Part shown: positions 1 to 14,151 of the stretch, piece by piece
How the letters are laid out: the number at the start of each line of letters is the position of its first letter
Position numbering within the stretch: the first letter of the stretch is position 1
NCBI GenBank assembly: GCA_951406725.2
Contig: OX597820.1
Span: 123,318,001-123,382,000, forward strand
Length of the DNA: 64,000 nt
Direction: 5' to 3'
Source of the DNA: Octopus vulgaris
Taxonomy: Eukaryota
Made by a program: the position numbers and the translations under genes
Notes under the pieces: generated by a model
The model's input: only the letters and a program-made list of their open reading frames with translations
What the model was told of the DNA's origin: nothing
Databases searched by the model: none

Positions 1-450
1 ATGAAATTGTTCCGGTTTCGGAGCAAAGAAACACTCTATAGCATCTTTAACTTCTTCACAATTAATAAATTGTTTTCCCTCTAAATAATGTTGCAATGAT
101 TTATTAAGATGGCAGTCATTTGAAGCAAGATCAGGAGACTAAGAAGATGAGTCACAACTTCCATAATGAGTGCCATAATCTTTTCCTGAGGAACTTGGGT
201 TTCGTATTATCACATAAGAGCAACACACTTTTAGATTGACCAATGATGGGCAATTTTCCTGCAAATGTTTGTACAATGCTTGCAAATGATAATACTTGTT
301 CGAATTAACTGTATTGTTTTGGTTTAACACTTCATAATAAGCAAAACCTTTCACATCCCGTTGAATATACAACATGATCTTTTTCGGATATAGTCCTGGT
401 TTGCGGATGGAGTTTCCTGCACATCTATCTTTAGACACACATGTAAATAA
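1..450 (-). mobile_element. Degenerate mariner transposase, C-terminal DDD region (runs off window start)
   Basis: ORF 139..483 has KPGLYPKKIML..KGFAYYEVL..TVNSNKYY (mariner KPGLHPKKVML..GIIYYELL); the downstream frame reads SPDLASNDCHL..SLQHYLEGK (SPDLAPSDYHLF motif); frameshifted. Confidence 0.85.
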
Positions 451-559
451 TAACAAACTCTTACAAAACACAGTTAAATACAAAATATCTCATATGACAA
501 AGTTAACACAAAGTGAAACGGCAATATTCGGAAATAAGATAAAAATGATACTACAATAA

Positions 560-560
560 G

Positions 561-657
<97 letters not shown>
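560..657 (+). repeat. (CAA)n(TAA)n microsatellite
   Basis: Directly visible. Confidence 0.95.
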
Positions 658-658
<1 letters not shown>

Positions 659-817
659 CTAGGAAAAATATGAAGTCACCGAGAGTGTAGGAAAGAACTG
701 GTGATCCCGTTAGGCACGGAAAAGTTTAAACGATACACGAACTCAATACACAAATGAAGAAAAATATGCAAGAGACAAACATTGTGGAAATGACCAAACA
801 AACACGACTAAGTAAGA

Positions 818-1500
<683 letters not shown>

Positions 1501-1689
1501 CGTAATTGCCAATTGAGACACAAAACAATCCCAGATCCCTCCCTCCCTTAGTCAGGCATGTAATGGTGCTATTACTATAGAAAATGGTTTCACTTTGCTT
1601 TAATGGTTCACAAATGTATTTGAGTAAAGGTTGTACGTTTATATGTCTTCGTCTTGACATATACATACGTGCTTATATGCTAAACTTAT

Positions 1690-3520
1690 GGAATTTTTTG
1701 AGATATTTTGACAGAACTGTCAAAATATCTTCTAATATCTTCTAATTAGGTTTCTCAACTTTTGGTTTTGAGAATTCAAGTTTCTTATGATTGGTGCTGA
1801 GGCAGTTTATTACGTATTCTAGTGCCTCAATAATTACGAGTATAAATGTGAACTTGTAATCCGGGCGGAGTAAATGTACAGTTCAGTGTAGGTGCTTTCT
1901 TTTTCGCTGATTTTTTTAGCTTTGTGTTGACATCCGTAAGTCAACTGATTTCGGTTACTCGATTTAGTTTCTCTTTGCTCCAAACAACTGTGTCTGGTTT
2001 ATTACGTTTGGATTTTATCGAGATTTGGATATGGATATTCCACAGGATTCTTTCGTATTATGACTGATCATATTTTCTAAACGCTGTAGATTCTTATCTT
2101 TTGGCCCCAGGATTATCCTTCTGAAGGATCTCATTATCTCTTCGGTAGATAATAGTGCGAAGATACTTTCAGACAATTGCTTATGGTGTAAATGGTATCT
2201 TCGGTGTTAAGTACAAACTGTCTGCTTCATTTATTACATTTTGTGCTTTTGCTACGCCCCTGTCCCTCTCGAGCATCAGGAACTTGGTTGCTATTTCGTA
2301 TTTCTGGATTACAAACGCATACCCTTTAAAGTGAGAGTTAGTGATCTGGTTGTTGGTCCATGATAGACTGCTTTAATTATTAATATTACGTCATCATGGA
2401 TCTTTCTGATAACATATCCAAGCAAGGTCTTCTGGTGATAAACACTCATCCTTTCATCTAATAATATTTTGCGGTAGAGTAATGCAGATTCTTTGGGCAT
2501 GAAGTTAACAGTGATGTAAAATTTATCGAGGAGCTGCATTCTAAGTCTCGTGAGTTTTATCTGCTTCTTGTATATTGTTGGCTTAGTAGATGGAAGCATT
2601 TTAACGCTCGGTGGTTAAAAGATGTTGCCGAAGGAATATGATGTGGCGTTCAAAATCTGTTTGGTGTTAAGCCCCTGCCTCCTCGTTTTCGTTTTAGACT
2701 GAGGCGAGTCTACCTCATTGTTAATGTGAAAACTATTTATGTTGGCCAGTCTCTTTCGGGTTTTCGCATCAATGGTTCATATATCATCGTACATCCAATC
2801 AATTAACTTAATTGTTGGCATTCCTTAGTGATGTGTTCCTTGTCACAGATGCCATCGTAAGATACATTTTTATCTCCGTCTAGGTACCGGTAACATTCCT
2901 CTTTAGATATAGAAGAAACAGTTAAGTGATTGAGGGAGATGTTGCTCGACTGGTTTACAATTTCTCTCGTAGGAACATATAGGAACACTAATCTCGACCA
3001 AATTCCAACTCTATATCATTTTGAGAATGTAACCAGGTCAAAGTGTTTTTTTCATGTCATGCATGTCCTGCATAGAACTTTAAATCATCTACAAAGAAGC
3101 AGTGTGTGATCTTGATATTTCTGTCCTCTCGTGAACCAATGAGACTCCCTTTAGATTTCCTTAACATGAATGACAAAGGATTTACTGAAAGTATGAGCAT
3201 TATTACACATACAGACTATCTCATTGGAATATATCTCTGTGATATTATATTCTACCACTGATAATATATTCACTCTTTGTCTTCAATTTCAAGATGTTAG
3301 TACAAGATGAAGTCAGGCCAGTTATGGCTTTGACTTCATCTGGGACTTTAGCAAGTCGAAAGGCTTCCAACATCTACGAGTGGGAGACAAAATCAAAAGC
3401 TTTCTTATAGTTTAACCACATTGACATCAGGTTTCTCTTATGATGCCGCACCGCTGACTCTGACGTTACGCTTTTCTTGATCAGCAAAAGCTCAGCATAT
3501 TCCTCCATCCCCCATCTGTA
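1690..3520 (-). mobile_element. Degenerate R4/Dong-like non-LTR retrotransposon (RT + restriction-like endonuclease)
   Basis: Minus-strand motifs WLNYKKAFDFVSHS (~3420), IFQ*DSL (~3225), FFVDDLKFY (~3090), YRYL..DKNVSY (~2880), NKPDTVVW (~1995); many stops and frameshifts. Confidence 0.8.
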
Positions 3521-3655
3521 TGTATCTCACATTTGTATGTATGTACATTTTATTTCAAGGATTTTTGACAATAGAAGAGAAAGGGCTGGTTTATGACCAA
3601 GATCCAAGGATCGTTCTATGGAATTTCTATGTATGTACGCACAATCATATATATA

Positions 3656-3883
3656 TTTCTTTACTACCCATAAGGGGATAAACACAGAGGGGACAAACAA
3701 GGACAGACATAGGTATTAAGTCGATTACATCGACCCCAGTGCGTAACTGGTACTTAATTTATCGACCCCGAAAGGATGAAAGGCAAAGTCGACCTCGGCG
3801 GAATTTGAACTCACAACGTAACGGCAGACGAAATACCGCTAGGCATTTCCCCCGGCGTGCTAACGTTTCTGCCAGCTCACCGC
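3656..3883 (-). mobile_element. tRNA-derived SINE family A (head GGCGGTGAGCTGGCAGAA), full length with 16-bp TSD
   Basis: A/B-box-like head, core CCTTTCATCCTTTCGGGGTCGATAAA; GCACAATCATATATAT on both sides (3639-3654, 3889-3904). Confidence 0.85.
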
Positions 3884-4212
3884 TTTATGCACAATCATAT
3901 ATATGTATACATATGTGTTTGTGTGTTTATGTGTGCGAACAGTAACCTCAGATTTTTGTTACTTTTGCTTGGACTCGAACCGATGACAGCCCTTACGCAG
4001 TTGCTCGACGTGCTAAACATAACGCATAAGTCTCCCGCAAACCACACACTACTGTCTCAAAGAAAAAAACCCCACAAAACAGACAGAGTGTATATAATAT
4101 GACACACTGTATTCCAAAGAAAATTAATAGAAAAGAAGAAAAACGAATGCATTTCCACGGTTGAAACGGGTTTCATCATAGGGATACTCAATTAATGCCG
4201 ACTTCAGGCCAA

Positions 4213-4345
<133 letters not shown>

Positions 4346-5011
4346 ATCATCATAGAAATTTCTTTCTCCCTAAGCGGTTATTTGTTGTTTCCGTTGCGAC
4401 TTTGATAGTACAAGATATTTGGAGATAACACCTCACCATGTTGTAGAGAAATGCCATCGCTTCTTTTGAAGTTTTCCTCATTTCTCGTTATTCTACTGTT
4501 TATTTTTATTTTAGTTTTCTTTTTAATTCATTTTCTTTCTTTTCACCTTTAGTGTTTAGTTTATAATTTTTCCTCATGCTTTTCTTTACCTCTTCATCCA
4601 TCCATCCACCCATACATACTTAAATACATATATAAATGTGTACACACGTACATATAAACATTCATAAGTACGTAGATACATATACATATAATTATACACA
4701 CACATATACATAGGCATAAATTGCATACTTGCTTCCATATATTCACATTCATACACTCATGCACACACATGCATACATACATTGAAACATACATTTGTGC
4801 ATACAGAAATACAAGCATACATACATGTATACATACATATTTACATACATTCATGCTTATATACATGCATACACATATATATGCATACATCCATGTATAC
4901 ATGCTAGCAAGTATCCACATATACATACATACACTTGTTTTTCCTCCATCCGTCTGTCTATTCAAACATTCATACATTCATATAGACATATTGAATAAGA
5001 TATGTATGTTA

Positions 5012-5200
5012 AGGTGACGACTAGGCAGAACCATTAGCAAGTCGGGCAAAATGCTTAGCAGCATTTCGTCCGTCCTTAAATTCTGCTGCAGTAGACCCTG
5101 AAAGAGGTCGATAAAATAAGTACCAGTTCAATATTGGGGTCCATGTAATCGACTTACCTCCTCCCTAAAATTGCTGACCTTGTGCCAAAATTTGAAACCT
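5012..5200 (+). mobile_element. SINE family A, diverged copy
   Basis: GGCAGAACCATTAGC..GTCGATAAAATAAGTACCAG..CCTTGTGCCAAAATTTGAAACC. Confidence 0.7.
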
Positions 5201-5224
5201 ATATGTATGTATGTTATATTGTAA

Positions 5225-6480
5225 ATATGGACAATTGGTATATCAAGAAAGCAATCTAACAACAATTCAACGGAAAAGAACATAGGCTACCTAATTTTGA
5301 GGTAAAACATGTAACTTTTACACACAATTGGAAATTCATAAATTTAAAGAAATGCATAACATCTTAAAAATAATTTCGTACACCGAATGCAAAGATTCTC
5401 AAACTGTTTGATTTAAAATTATGTCCAATTGTTGCAGGACGAACAACAATATCTCAACCAATAAGCAGTTTACCAGACATAATTTTGAAACCACTACACA
5501 AATTCGTTTCTTGTTTCATCAAAGGTGAAATACACTTCCAAAATCACGTTTCAGAAAGCGTGAATATAGATAACTAGCAGTATCGCCCGGCGTTGCTCGG
5601 GTTTGTAAGGGAAATAACTATATAGGCATTTTTAGAGGTGTAAAGTATAATAGCCATCTCAATATGGCTAATCACAAAGGGGGGGGGGGGTTACGTGCTG
5701 AGATTTAATAATAAATTTTTAGAGAGTTACTTCCCTTATATATGCCAAAAATGCATTAAAAATGGGAAAAATTGATGGTAGATTATTTTTTAAATCGTAG
5801 ACTCATCGTAGACGCGCGCTAATACCCAGAAGGGCTCGATATGAATCACGACTATAAGATACCCGCTTTTGGTTACACTGCACCGCAAAATGTGGGAGTT
5901 GTTAGGAATCTAAATCGTAGGAGACAGACAGCACACAACCTCACTTTTATATATAAATATATAGTTCCGACATAACAGTCCGGTAAACAAAAAATGAATT
6001 AGGTTTCTAAGTATAAGTATACTTACACAGAATGTAGGAGATATTCACAAAGAATCTCTCGGGAGTTTATAATAGAAGGATAAGTACTAAAAAACAACCG
6101 CTACTTTGATTCCAAATAATACCTTCAAATAAAGGTTCGGCCATAGGCACGAATATTGCAGCTGCATTTGCCCGATCTTGCATTACTTTTGATCAGCATT
6201 TTCATTTGAAGAAAACTAAGAAAGATGCCCAGATGACTGCTTCATATTTTGAATCAGACGTAAAGTAGACTAACGGGAATCCTTAAATAAAAAAAAAAAT
6301 TGCATTCATAAATTAGTCCAGTAACTCTGTAGCAATGAATGGAAGTAAAACTACAGTTTTGGATATTTTAAATGAAACTGTTGCAGCTGATCTCTGTTGT
6401 AAGGAAATCGACATAAACCAATACTTAGATTTTAAGTTCTTGCTACCCATCTCGTGTTAAACAGAATATCCCATTTTATA
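5225..6480 (+). mobile_element. Degenerate Penelope-like element reverse transcriptase, interrupted by a Helitron
   Basis: LKLCPIVAG..ISSLPDIILKPL..FIK, YLQIK, FLDIL, YLDF.SCYP..KQNIPF: typical PLE RT/thumb motifs. Confidence 0.7.
5574..5959 (-). mobile_element. Non-autonomous Helitron
   Basis: Minus-strand 3' end CCCGAGCAACGCCGGG hairpin + CTAG|T; same family as 18473-18867. Confidence 0.8.
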
Positions 6481-6619
6481 TCGGAAGGCGAAAATATTAC
6501 GGGCACAGGTAGAACTAAAACTACTCTTTCAGAAATAAATCCCCGCCCCCCCAAAAAAAAACGAGGCAAAAGGGATCTTAATCTCTGTCTCATGGAGAAA
6601 CCATCACAATAAGGGCGGC

Positions 6620-6835
6620 GAACCCTGCTGTACTCTTTCACCACAACTTTCACTCTTTCTTCCTGTTTCTGTTGTCCCTGTATTTCAAAGGGCCAACTTT
6701 GTCACACTCTGTGTCACACTGAATCTCCACACGTCTGTGGAGTGCTCAGTCACTTACACGTTAACTTCATGAGCTGGCTGTTCCGTTGATCACACTATCT
6801 GGAACCCTCGTCGTCGTAACCGACGGAGTGCCCAC
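6620..6835 (+). mobile_element. 3' part of SINE family B
   Basis: Matches 49550-49690 (CCTGCTGTACTCTTTCACC..TGTCACACTCTGTGTCAC). Confidence 0.7.
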
Positions 6836-6894
6836 CATATGCCGTTGGCGATTTTTTTCCTCCGTCTTCCCTTCCTTGGATCATTCCTTTTCCT

Positions 6895-6931
6895 ATGTTT
6901 CTGACGAAGAGCTCCGCTCGAAATGTTAAAT
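6895..6931 (+). ncRNA. Minimal type I hammerhead ribozyme-like motif in a PLE-like terminal repeat
   Basis: gttt CTGACGA A GAGC-tcc-GCTC GAAA tgtta aat: intact core boxes, 4-bp stem II. Confidence 0.65.
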
Positions 6932-7031
6932 CCTTCTTCTTTCTTTCCTTTCCTGAGCGTCCAATAACACTATACTTGTTCCACGTCCTCGCGTTGTTGT
7001 GTTTTCTCTTTGTGTTTTCATGTTTGGATTA

Positions 7032-7084
<53 letters not shown>

Positions 7085-7469
7085 CTACGTTAGTTGTTGA
7101 ACAATATATATATATATACACGTTATCATTTAACTACAGCAAAAAATATTTTGAGTTAATCTTTTAAATATTTTTAATAGAATAACAAATAGAAGTAATA
7201 ACTTGTAATAAAATTGTTAGTTTTAATAAAAGCTAATATTTTCTAAATCTAAATATTTCATTTGAAATTTTATCCCCTGCTGCAATATTTTATGTAAAAA
7301 TTATCTTCTTCTGTACTTTTACTAGATGTAATAACTTGTCCTGCAAGTTTCCATGTTTATAATCTTAAGAATATTATTTCCATTGCTCACATTTGTCCAT
7401 TGTGTCCATGTAATATACATATATTTATGTATGCTTGTGTGTATAAATGTATATATATATATACACACA

Positions 7470-7534
<65 letters not shown>

Positions 7535-8035
7535 CAATACATACACACACACACATACACACACACACATACATATATATATACATATGTATTCGCTTGG
7601 TTTAATCACGAAGTCTGCAAAAACTAGGCTATGATATATGACGTCAACAACATTCCAGATTACTTCAACCGTATAATCTGTGATCTTTATAAAGAAAAAC
7701 ACATCAAACTAACATACATATGATAAAACTATATAAAAATAACATAAATACATAAATACAGCTTTTTGCATAATCCAGATTTTCGCTTCTGACAGGCTCT
7801 TAGGAGACAGGTCAAGGAATTTACTTTTAAACGAGAGATTTTTAAATGTCTTCTGAAGTATCCAAACAAGAGCACAAATACTGGAAAAAAAGCAAATAGA
7901 GAAATAGTATATCTTGGAAACTGGCGTGTGGATATTCTCAAGAGTATTCATACATGAAACCATGCATTTTCATATCACACACACACACACACAGACACAC
8001 ACACACATACACACACACAGACACAGACACAGACA

Positions 8036-8067
<32 letters not shown>

Positions 8068-8421
8068 TACATACATTATAGATATATATTCTATAGATTA
8101 GCCTCAGGTTTAGTTTGCGGCTTTGTTTTATTATTATTTGAATTTCCTCGAACAGTACATGTGGCTTTTGTATTGCAGATGGTCAATATAAGTAGGGCCA
8201 TCGGAATCTTTAGAATTAGTCCTAGGGTTAAAAAAAATACTGGGTAGATTCATTCGTTTTAAAAATTCATCAAGGTGGTGCTCCAGCTGAAACACATAAT
8301 ATATATATATATATATATATATATAACGGGAAGGTTTACGAAAATAAACAAAAGACGATGGCAGGTGGAGTACAAGCAAACAAATGTATTAGTATGGCGC
8401 TCAGGAATAGAAATAAAACAA

Positions 8422-8460
8422 GTCTTTTACGTTTCGAGCCTACGCTCTTCGACACAAAGA
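8422..8460 (-). ncRNA. Hammerhead-like motif with altered first core box, in a PLE-like fragment between (AT)n tracts
   Basis: tcttt GTGTCGA A GAGC-gtag-GCTC GAAACGTA aaaga; stems I and II pair, first box is non-canonical. Confidence 0.4.
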
Positions 8461-8522
8461 TACACAGAAAAGAAACAAGGAGAGAAAAAAATACGTGTAG
8501 GAGCTAACGGTCCATCATGGCG

Positions 8523-8562
<40 letters not shown>

Positions 8563-8567
<5 letters not shown>

Positions 8568-9142
8568 ATGAAATTTTTTCAGAAAAAAATTTCACCAAAA
8601 AGTGGCAGGATATTAAAATACCTTTAAAGGTTAAAATTATAAACAACTTGTAAACAAGGGCAAAAGAAAGATTATTTCCATGCCAATATGCTGATAACAG
8701 ACTTTAAGTCGTCAATTTCCACATATCATTATACGCTCACTATAAATACACGTCGTGCTGAAATCGGGAAGCTAGTCAAGAGATTTTTTTTTAAAATTCG
8801 TTATTTCTATATTGAATCAATTTCGGAATTAATCCCATGGATTTTTCCCTCTTCAGTAGAAAATACGAAAAGAAATAAAATGAAATACTTACATGCGCCC
8901 ATGGAAAAAAGCAGAAGCAAAAGTCATGTGTACACATAAGTACCCCAGTTATATCTAAATATAAAATCCTTTAACTAGCCTCAGCACACGTGTGAACTAT
9001 TCCAAACCACAGCTTATAATGGTTACCAGTCCCTAAGTGAAGGGTGATAAATCTACTATTAATATAGGATGAAATTTTTTTCAGAAAAAGATTTCATCAA
9101 AAAGTGGCAGCATATTAAAATCCCTTTAAAGGTTAAAATTAT
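8563..9142 (-). mobile_element. ~500-bp unit bounded by ~80-bp direct repeats, containing a hammerhead-like motif (8803-8862)
   Basis: ATAGGATGAAATTTTTTCAGAAAA..GGTTAAAATTAT at 8563-8641 and 9064-9142; minus strand tttcta CTGAAGA G GGAA..TTCC GAAA ttgattcaata tagaaa. Confidence 0.55.
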
Positions 9143-9156
9143 ATATATATATATAT

Positions 9157-9320
9157 TTGACGGGTTTCTTTCAGATTCCGTCTAGCAAATCTACTCACAA
9201 CTCTTTGATCGGCCCGAGGCTACAATTGAAGATGTTTGCCAAGGTGCCATGCAGCGGGACTGAACCCGTTACCATGTGGTTGGGAAGCAAACTTCATACC
9301 GTACAGTCACGCCTACACCT
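9157..9320 (-). mobile_element. SINE family C, 5' part
   Basis: Reverse complement of the GGTTCAGTCCC..GGCACCTTGG..GCCTCGGGCCGATCAAA sequence seen at 57310-57420. Confidence 0.75.
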
Positions 9321-9664
9321 ATTTTCTTTTAATGTGTAACATGAAGTATTCTCTCAAGGATTAAGAAGTATTTTTCCTTACAAATTACGATTTATCGTTG
9401 CTGTGGTTACGTTTTTGTTGTATTTGTTTCAGTATTTTGATTGTATTTTTCATTGAAGCAATTTAATTGTATTTCTTTTATTCTGGATTTAGCGTTCGTT
9501 GGACAAACAGACAGAATCATTTCAACCGAGACCATTTCATCTTTTGCGATATATATATATGACTATTATATAACATACCCTGTCCATATCATCCAGATGT
9601 TATAGAAACTCCTCAGGGATTAGAAAGAAGTTTTATTTATTACCAAGTGTTCAATAACTGATAC

Positions 9665-9968
9665 TCTTTTTACTTGTTTCAGTTACTGGAATGCAGCCAT
9701 GTCATGCTGGAGCAACGCCTTGCAGAGTGAATTGGACAAATCGGTCTACCCCAGTCCTTTTAAATCTTGTATATTCATTATATTGATCTCTTTTTACGAG
9801 GATGTAAGCAAAACAACACCGGCTGCTTAGGGGTGTGAAAGTAGCAGTTTTTGTCCAGCAAATCCATTCACAAGACATTAGTCGGCTCGTGGTTATAATA
9901 GAAGATACTTGTCCAAGGTTCCGCATAGTGGTGCTGAACCCCAAACCAGATGGTTCGGAAGCGAACTT
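9665..9968 (-). mobile_element. SINE family C, diverged
   Basis: TTTTACTTGTTTCAGT..CATGCTGGAGCA..GAAGATACTTGTCCAAGG. Confidence 0.65.
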
Positions 9969-10702
9969 ATCTATCTATATAGACTGGTTAATTGAGTATG
10001 TACAATTGTGATATCAGTGTAATAATTCCAAGGTTTGAAATTGCACCTCTCTTTCTCTCACTCTCTCTCACACAAACTCTCTCTCTCATTTATCCAACTT
10101 AAAGATTGCCTTATTAATATCACTAAATTATTTGGCTATAGGAAGACTGTCAAGCTTACATTATTTCCTGCTTATAATTTTCCATCATCATTGGCTCTAC
10201 GAAGACCTTAAAGTTTGGATAATTTCCTGCTTATAATAGGCAATCATTATTGAAAATAATATGGTGAAAGAAGGCTGATCCTTCCACCTTAATGGAAAAT
10301 CGAAGCAGGCGCTATTTTGTAATCAGTCCAACGCAATGGTTTCTTCTACAGCATGTTTGCATTATCCAGTACCATCCTTTTCATAAATTATTGTGTATAA
10401 ACTCATTCTGTTCTCCAAGCATTGGTTTGTTAACATGCAAATGTTCTAGAAATCGCCCAGTTCGAATATACCTTTATGAAAGAACTTTGGCTTATAATGG
10501 ATGACCTCTTGGTTATTCGTTAGCTCAAAAATTCTTCTTCTATTGAGAAACTTTCTGGGTATAAACTCTGGGTTATTTAAAGATATTTACTTCGAGAGAA
10601 ATAACAACAGCAACAACAACAACAAGTGCTCAACTGGTATTTATTTTACCGACCCCGAAAGAATGAAGGGCAAAGTCGACCTCGACGGAATCTAAACTCA
10701 AA

Positions 10703-10734
<32 letters not shown>

Positions 10735-10736
<2 letters not shown>

Positions 10737-11265
10737 GAACACTTTCCATACAATAACCATCAGAGCATCACAACAAATCACAGCACATACCCAAGGCACA
10801 CAGAGCTGCGCTCGGTAGTGAAGTGAAAGCACGCTATAAAAATAAAAATAAAACTACTGAATAATAATAACACTATCCAAATAATAGCCCTTACAGCAAC
10901 AGCCCGCATCCTTCGGAAGATACTATCAATTCAATAATACAATGCAAACAAAAGGATATCCACAAACACAAGTCACACTATATAGCAAATATCCAATAAA
11001 ATAAACGGCCACCAACAGGCTTGTTACTCAGCAGAAAAGAATAAACATTGGCATTACACACACAACACAATACAAACACTAATACAACAAAAGACTGCAA
11101 CCAAACCTTATAACAAAACAAACTCACGCAATACAATAACGAGAAGAGTTTGCACTCCTCCATCAACCAAAAAGGAAATACAGTTCTGCACACACCCCAG
11201 CAACACGGAGGTGTAGCAGGTGATGCATTAGAAATTTGCCTTAAACTACCAAATGTTGATATTAT
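10735..11265 (+). mobile_element. Two 3' ends of RLE-type LINEs in tandem, associated with (TAA)n
   Basis: First piece ends AAAATAAAACTACTG(AAT)n with (TAA)n on both sides; second encodes the ORF terminus IALTATARILRKILSIQ*. Confidence 0.5.
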
Positions 11266-11339
11266 TTTTGTTATTATTTGATGAAAACTCTCTGCTTATT
11301 TTGTTGGGCATAATGGAAAGTGTCAGCTATTCACAGCCA

Positions 11340-11812
11340 GTAGACTGTGACACTTGTTTAATGGTTATATCTCAAGAATCCTGCGAAGAATTCTTGCAGT
11401 TCAAAGCAATGCTGCAATGCTAATTTCTGTCGGTGTTCTACCTTTACGTTTGTACCAATCTTTTTGAGCCATGTTAGTAGTTGAGTGCTGATAATTCTAA
11501 ATAAGCCAACTACTATTGGTATCACGTCTACTCTCATTGACTCCAACCTTCGTATTTCCCACTTCAAATTGTTGTAGCTGTTCAGTTTTTCTTCTTTCTC
11601 TTCGACCTTGTTGTCATCGGGACATGCTATGTCGATTAACAATTCACCTCAATATGTCCGGTTTCCGATGTCTGGTCAGGTTATTGTTCTAAATCATTGT
11701 ACCCCACAAGATTTTGCAATTTTCATTCTCGGTGACTACTTCTGGAGTTTGCTCATACCACGTCTTTGCGCTTTGCAAGCCGTGATTTCTTCAGATATCC
11801 CAATGGCTTGCT
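11340..11812 (-). mobile_element. R4/Dong-like LINE restriction-like endonuclease fragment
   Basis: HRKPDI..LIDIACPDDNKVEEKEEKL..Y..LKWEIRRL..VIPIVVG (PD-(D/E)xK RLE domain). Confidence 0.8.
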
Positions 11813-12062
11813 AATGATTCTGCCAGCTCGCCGCCCAAAACAGGATTAAAATGTTGGTTTCAAAGTTTGGCACTAGGCCAGCAATTTTGGGGATATGGGT
11901 AAGTCGATTACATGAATCCCAGTATTCGACAGGTATTTATTTTACCGACCCCTAAAGGATGAATGGTAAAGTCAACCTCGGTGGAATTTGAACTCAGAAC
12001 GTAAAGACGGACGAAATGCTGCAATGCGGTTTGCCTGGCGTACTAACGATTCTGCCAGCTCA
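11812..12062 (-). mobile_element. SINE family A copy plus a second head fragment
   Basis: TAAGTCGATTACAT..AAAGGATGAA..GGAATTTGAACTCAGAACGT..GATTCTGCCAGCTC. Confidence 0.75.
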
Positions 12063-12941
12063 TATATTCCTAAAGAATATATAAATATCACAGATATGAA
12101 AGGAAGACGGTTTGAAGAATCGGCACAATGTGTTACTTGTCTTTATGTTTTGATTTCAAATCCCACCCGGATCGATTTTGCCTGTCATCATTTGGGGGCG
12201 ATAAAAATTAATAGAAGTCAAATACCAGGATTAATTTATTCGATTATTCCTCTATCAGTTGTGGACATGCGCCAATATGGAAAAAATCTCCAATCAAACA
12301 AAACAAACTAAGCAATTAGTTTATAAAGACGTAGGCTGGCGGTATGGTAAGAAGCTTACATATCAACCACACGATTCTGCGTTCAATCCCACTACGTGCC
12401 ACCTTCTCTGCAAGCTTATAACTGTAACGTAGAAGTCTAAAGGTCTAAAATGGTAATCAGAACGAATACATGAACAAAAATAGCTTAATTAGGAATAGAA
12501 CCTACGTTAAAACTGCAACCACGAAGCTATGTAAGTGACGAGTTCACGTTGATGGGAATCCGTTTTCGTTCGTGCTAGAAACTGCGTATAAAACAATGTC
12601 TACGGAGAATTACAAATATATTACATATTCGCTGCGACGAATGAACAAATACCAATAGATGGACACTCCGTCATTCAGTCATTCACGTACGGAAACACAC
12701 ATCGATACAAATGAATGCGCCGAAGTAAAAGCAAATAAATATATAGTTATATATACACATACATAGATACATACATACATACATACATATATATGTGTGT
12801 GTGTTTGTGTGATCGTGCGCGTGTGTATATAAAATCAGACAAGTGTTTACACATACATATATAAATGTCACTATAAATGCATATGTATAATACATAAAAT
12901 GTAAAATGGAAAGAAACTTTTACAATCACTCTCGCCCTTTG

Positions 12942-12942
<1 letters not shown>

Positions 12943-13006
<64 letters not shown>

Positions 13007-13245
13007 TATAAATATATACATACATATATATATACATATATATATATACATACATATATATATACATACATATACATATATACATACATATACATATATA
13101 CATACATATACATATATACATATATATATACATATATACATACATACATATATACATACATACATATATACATACATATATATATATATATACACATATA
13201 TATACATACATACATATATATGTATGTATGTATGTATGTATACAC
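12943..13245. repeat. (AT)n/(ACAT)n compound microsatellite
   Basis: Directly visible. Confidence 0.95.
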
Positions 13246-13778
13246 CCACTATACACACACGCGTACATATTCATATTCACTCACGTACACACGCGTAAAT
13301 ACATACATATATAACATACAATATACACATCCATATGTCTGTACGTTAAGCATATAGAAGCAGGGCTACAGCAGGACGTACATATATACAGTATTGAGTG
13401 CTACAAATACACATGCAGTGCGGCATAAAGACACGCCAACATTGTCATCCAGCCACACTTGTACGCATACATGCATGCACGAACACGCTCACACTCACAA
13501 ACACATACACGAACACGCACGCTCACACACAAACGCACAGGTATATGTAATTTAGTTTTAAGGTCAGAGAAAGCAAATAGCTAAAGTGCAGAGGAATATT
13601 GCTTGCCGCATCATTTGTGAAGTCGACTCAAACAGTGAAGTTACCAGCATCCTTTGCTGTAGTTTCCAGAGACATTCAATGACATCAAATGGCTACATTG
13701 TTTTCCTTCTACCTTTATTACTTCCATTAGCTTGTCAGACGTCTGCGTTGCAAAATGTTGCAAAGCAATCCTATCTAA

Positions 13779-13848
<70 letters not shown>

Positions 13849-14006
13849 GTCTATCTATCTATCTATTGATCGATCATATTTCATTTACATGCATACCGCT
13901 CACAAACATGCTCTCTCTTGTACCTTTTCCCTCTCCTAATATATACATGCACATATATACATGTATAGAATCACACACACATTCATACACGCACACATAT
14001 ATATGC

Positions 14007-14038
<32 letters not shown>

Positions 14039-14151
14039 GTCTATATGCCCACAGTTACATTAGCCAACGTATATACACACACACGTCTTTACATATACTC
14101 ATATACACACAAATAACCAACACAAGCACACACATAGATATAAATATATAT

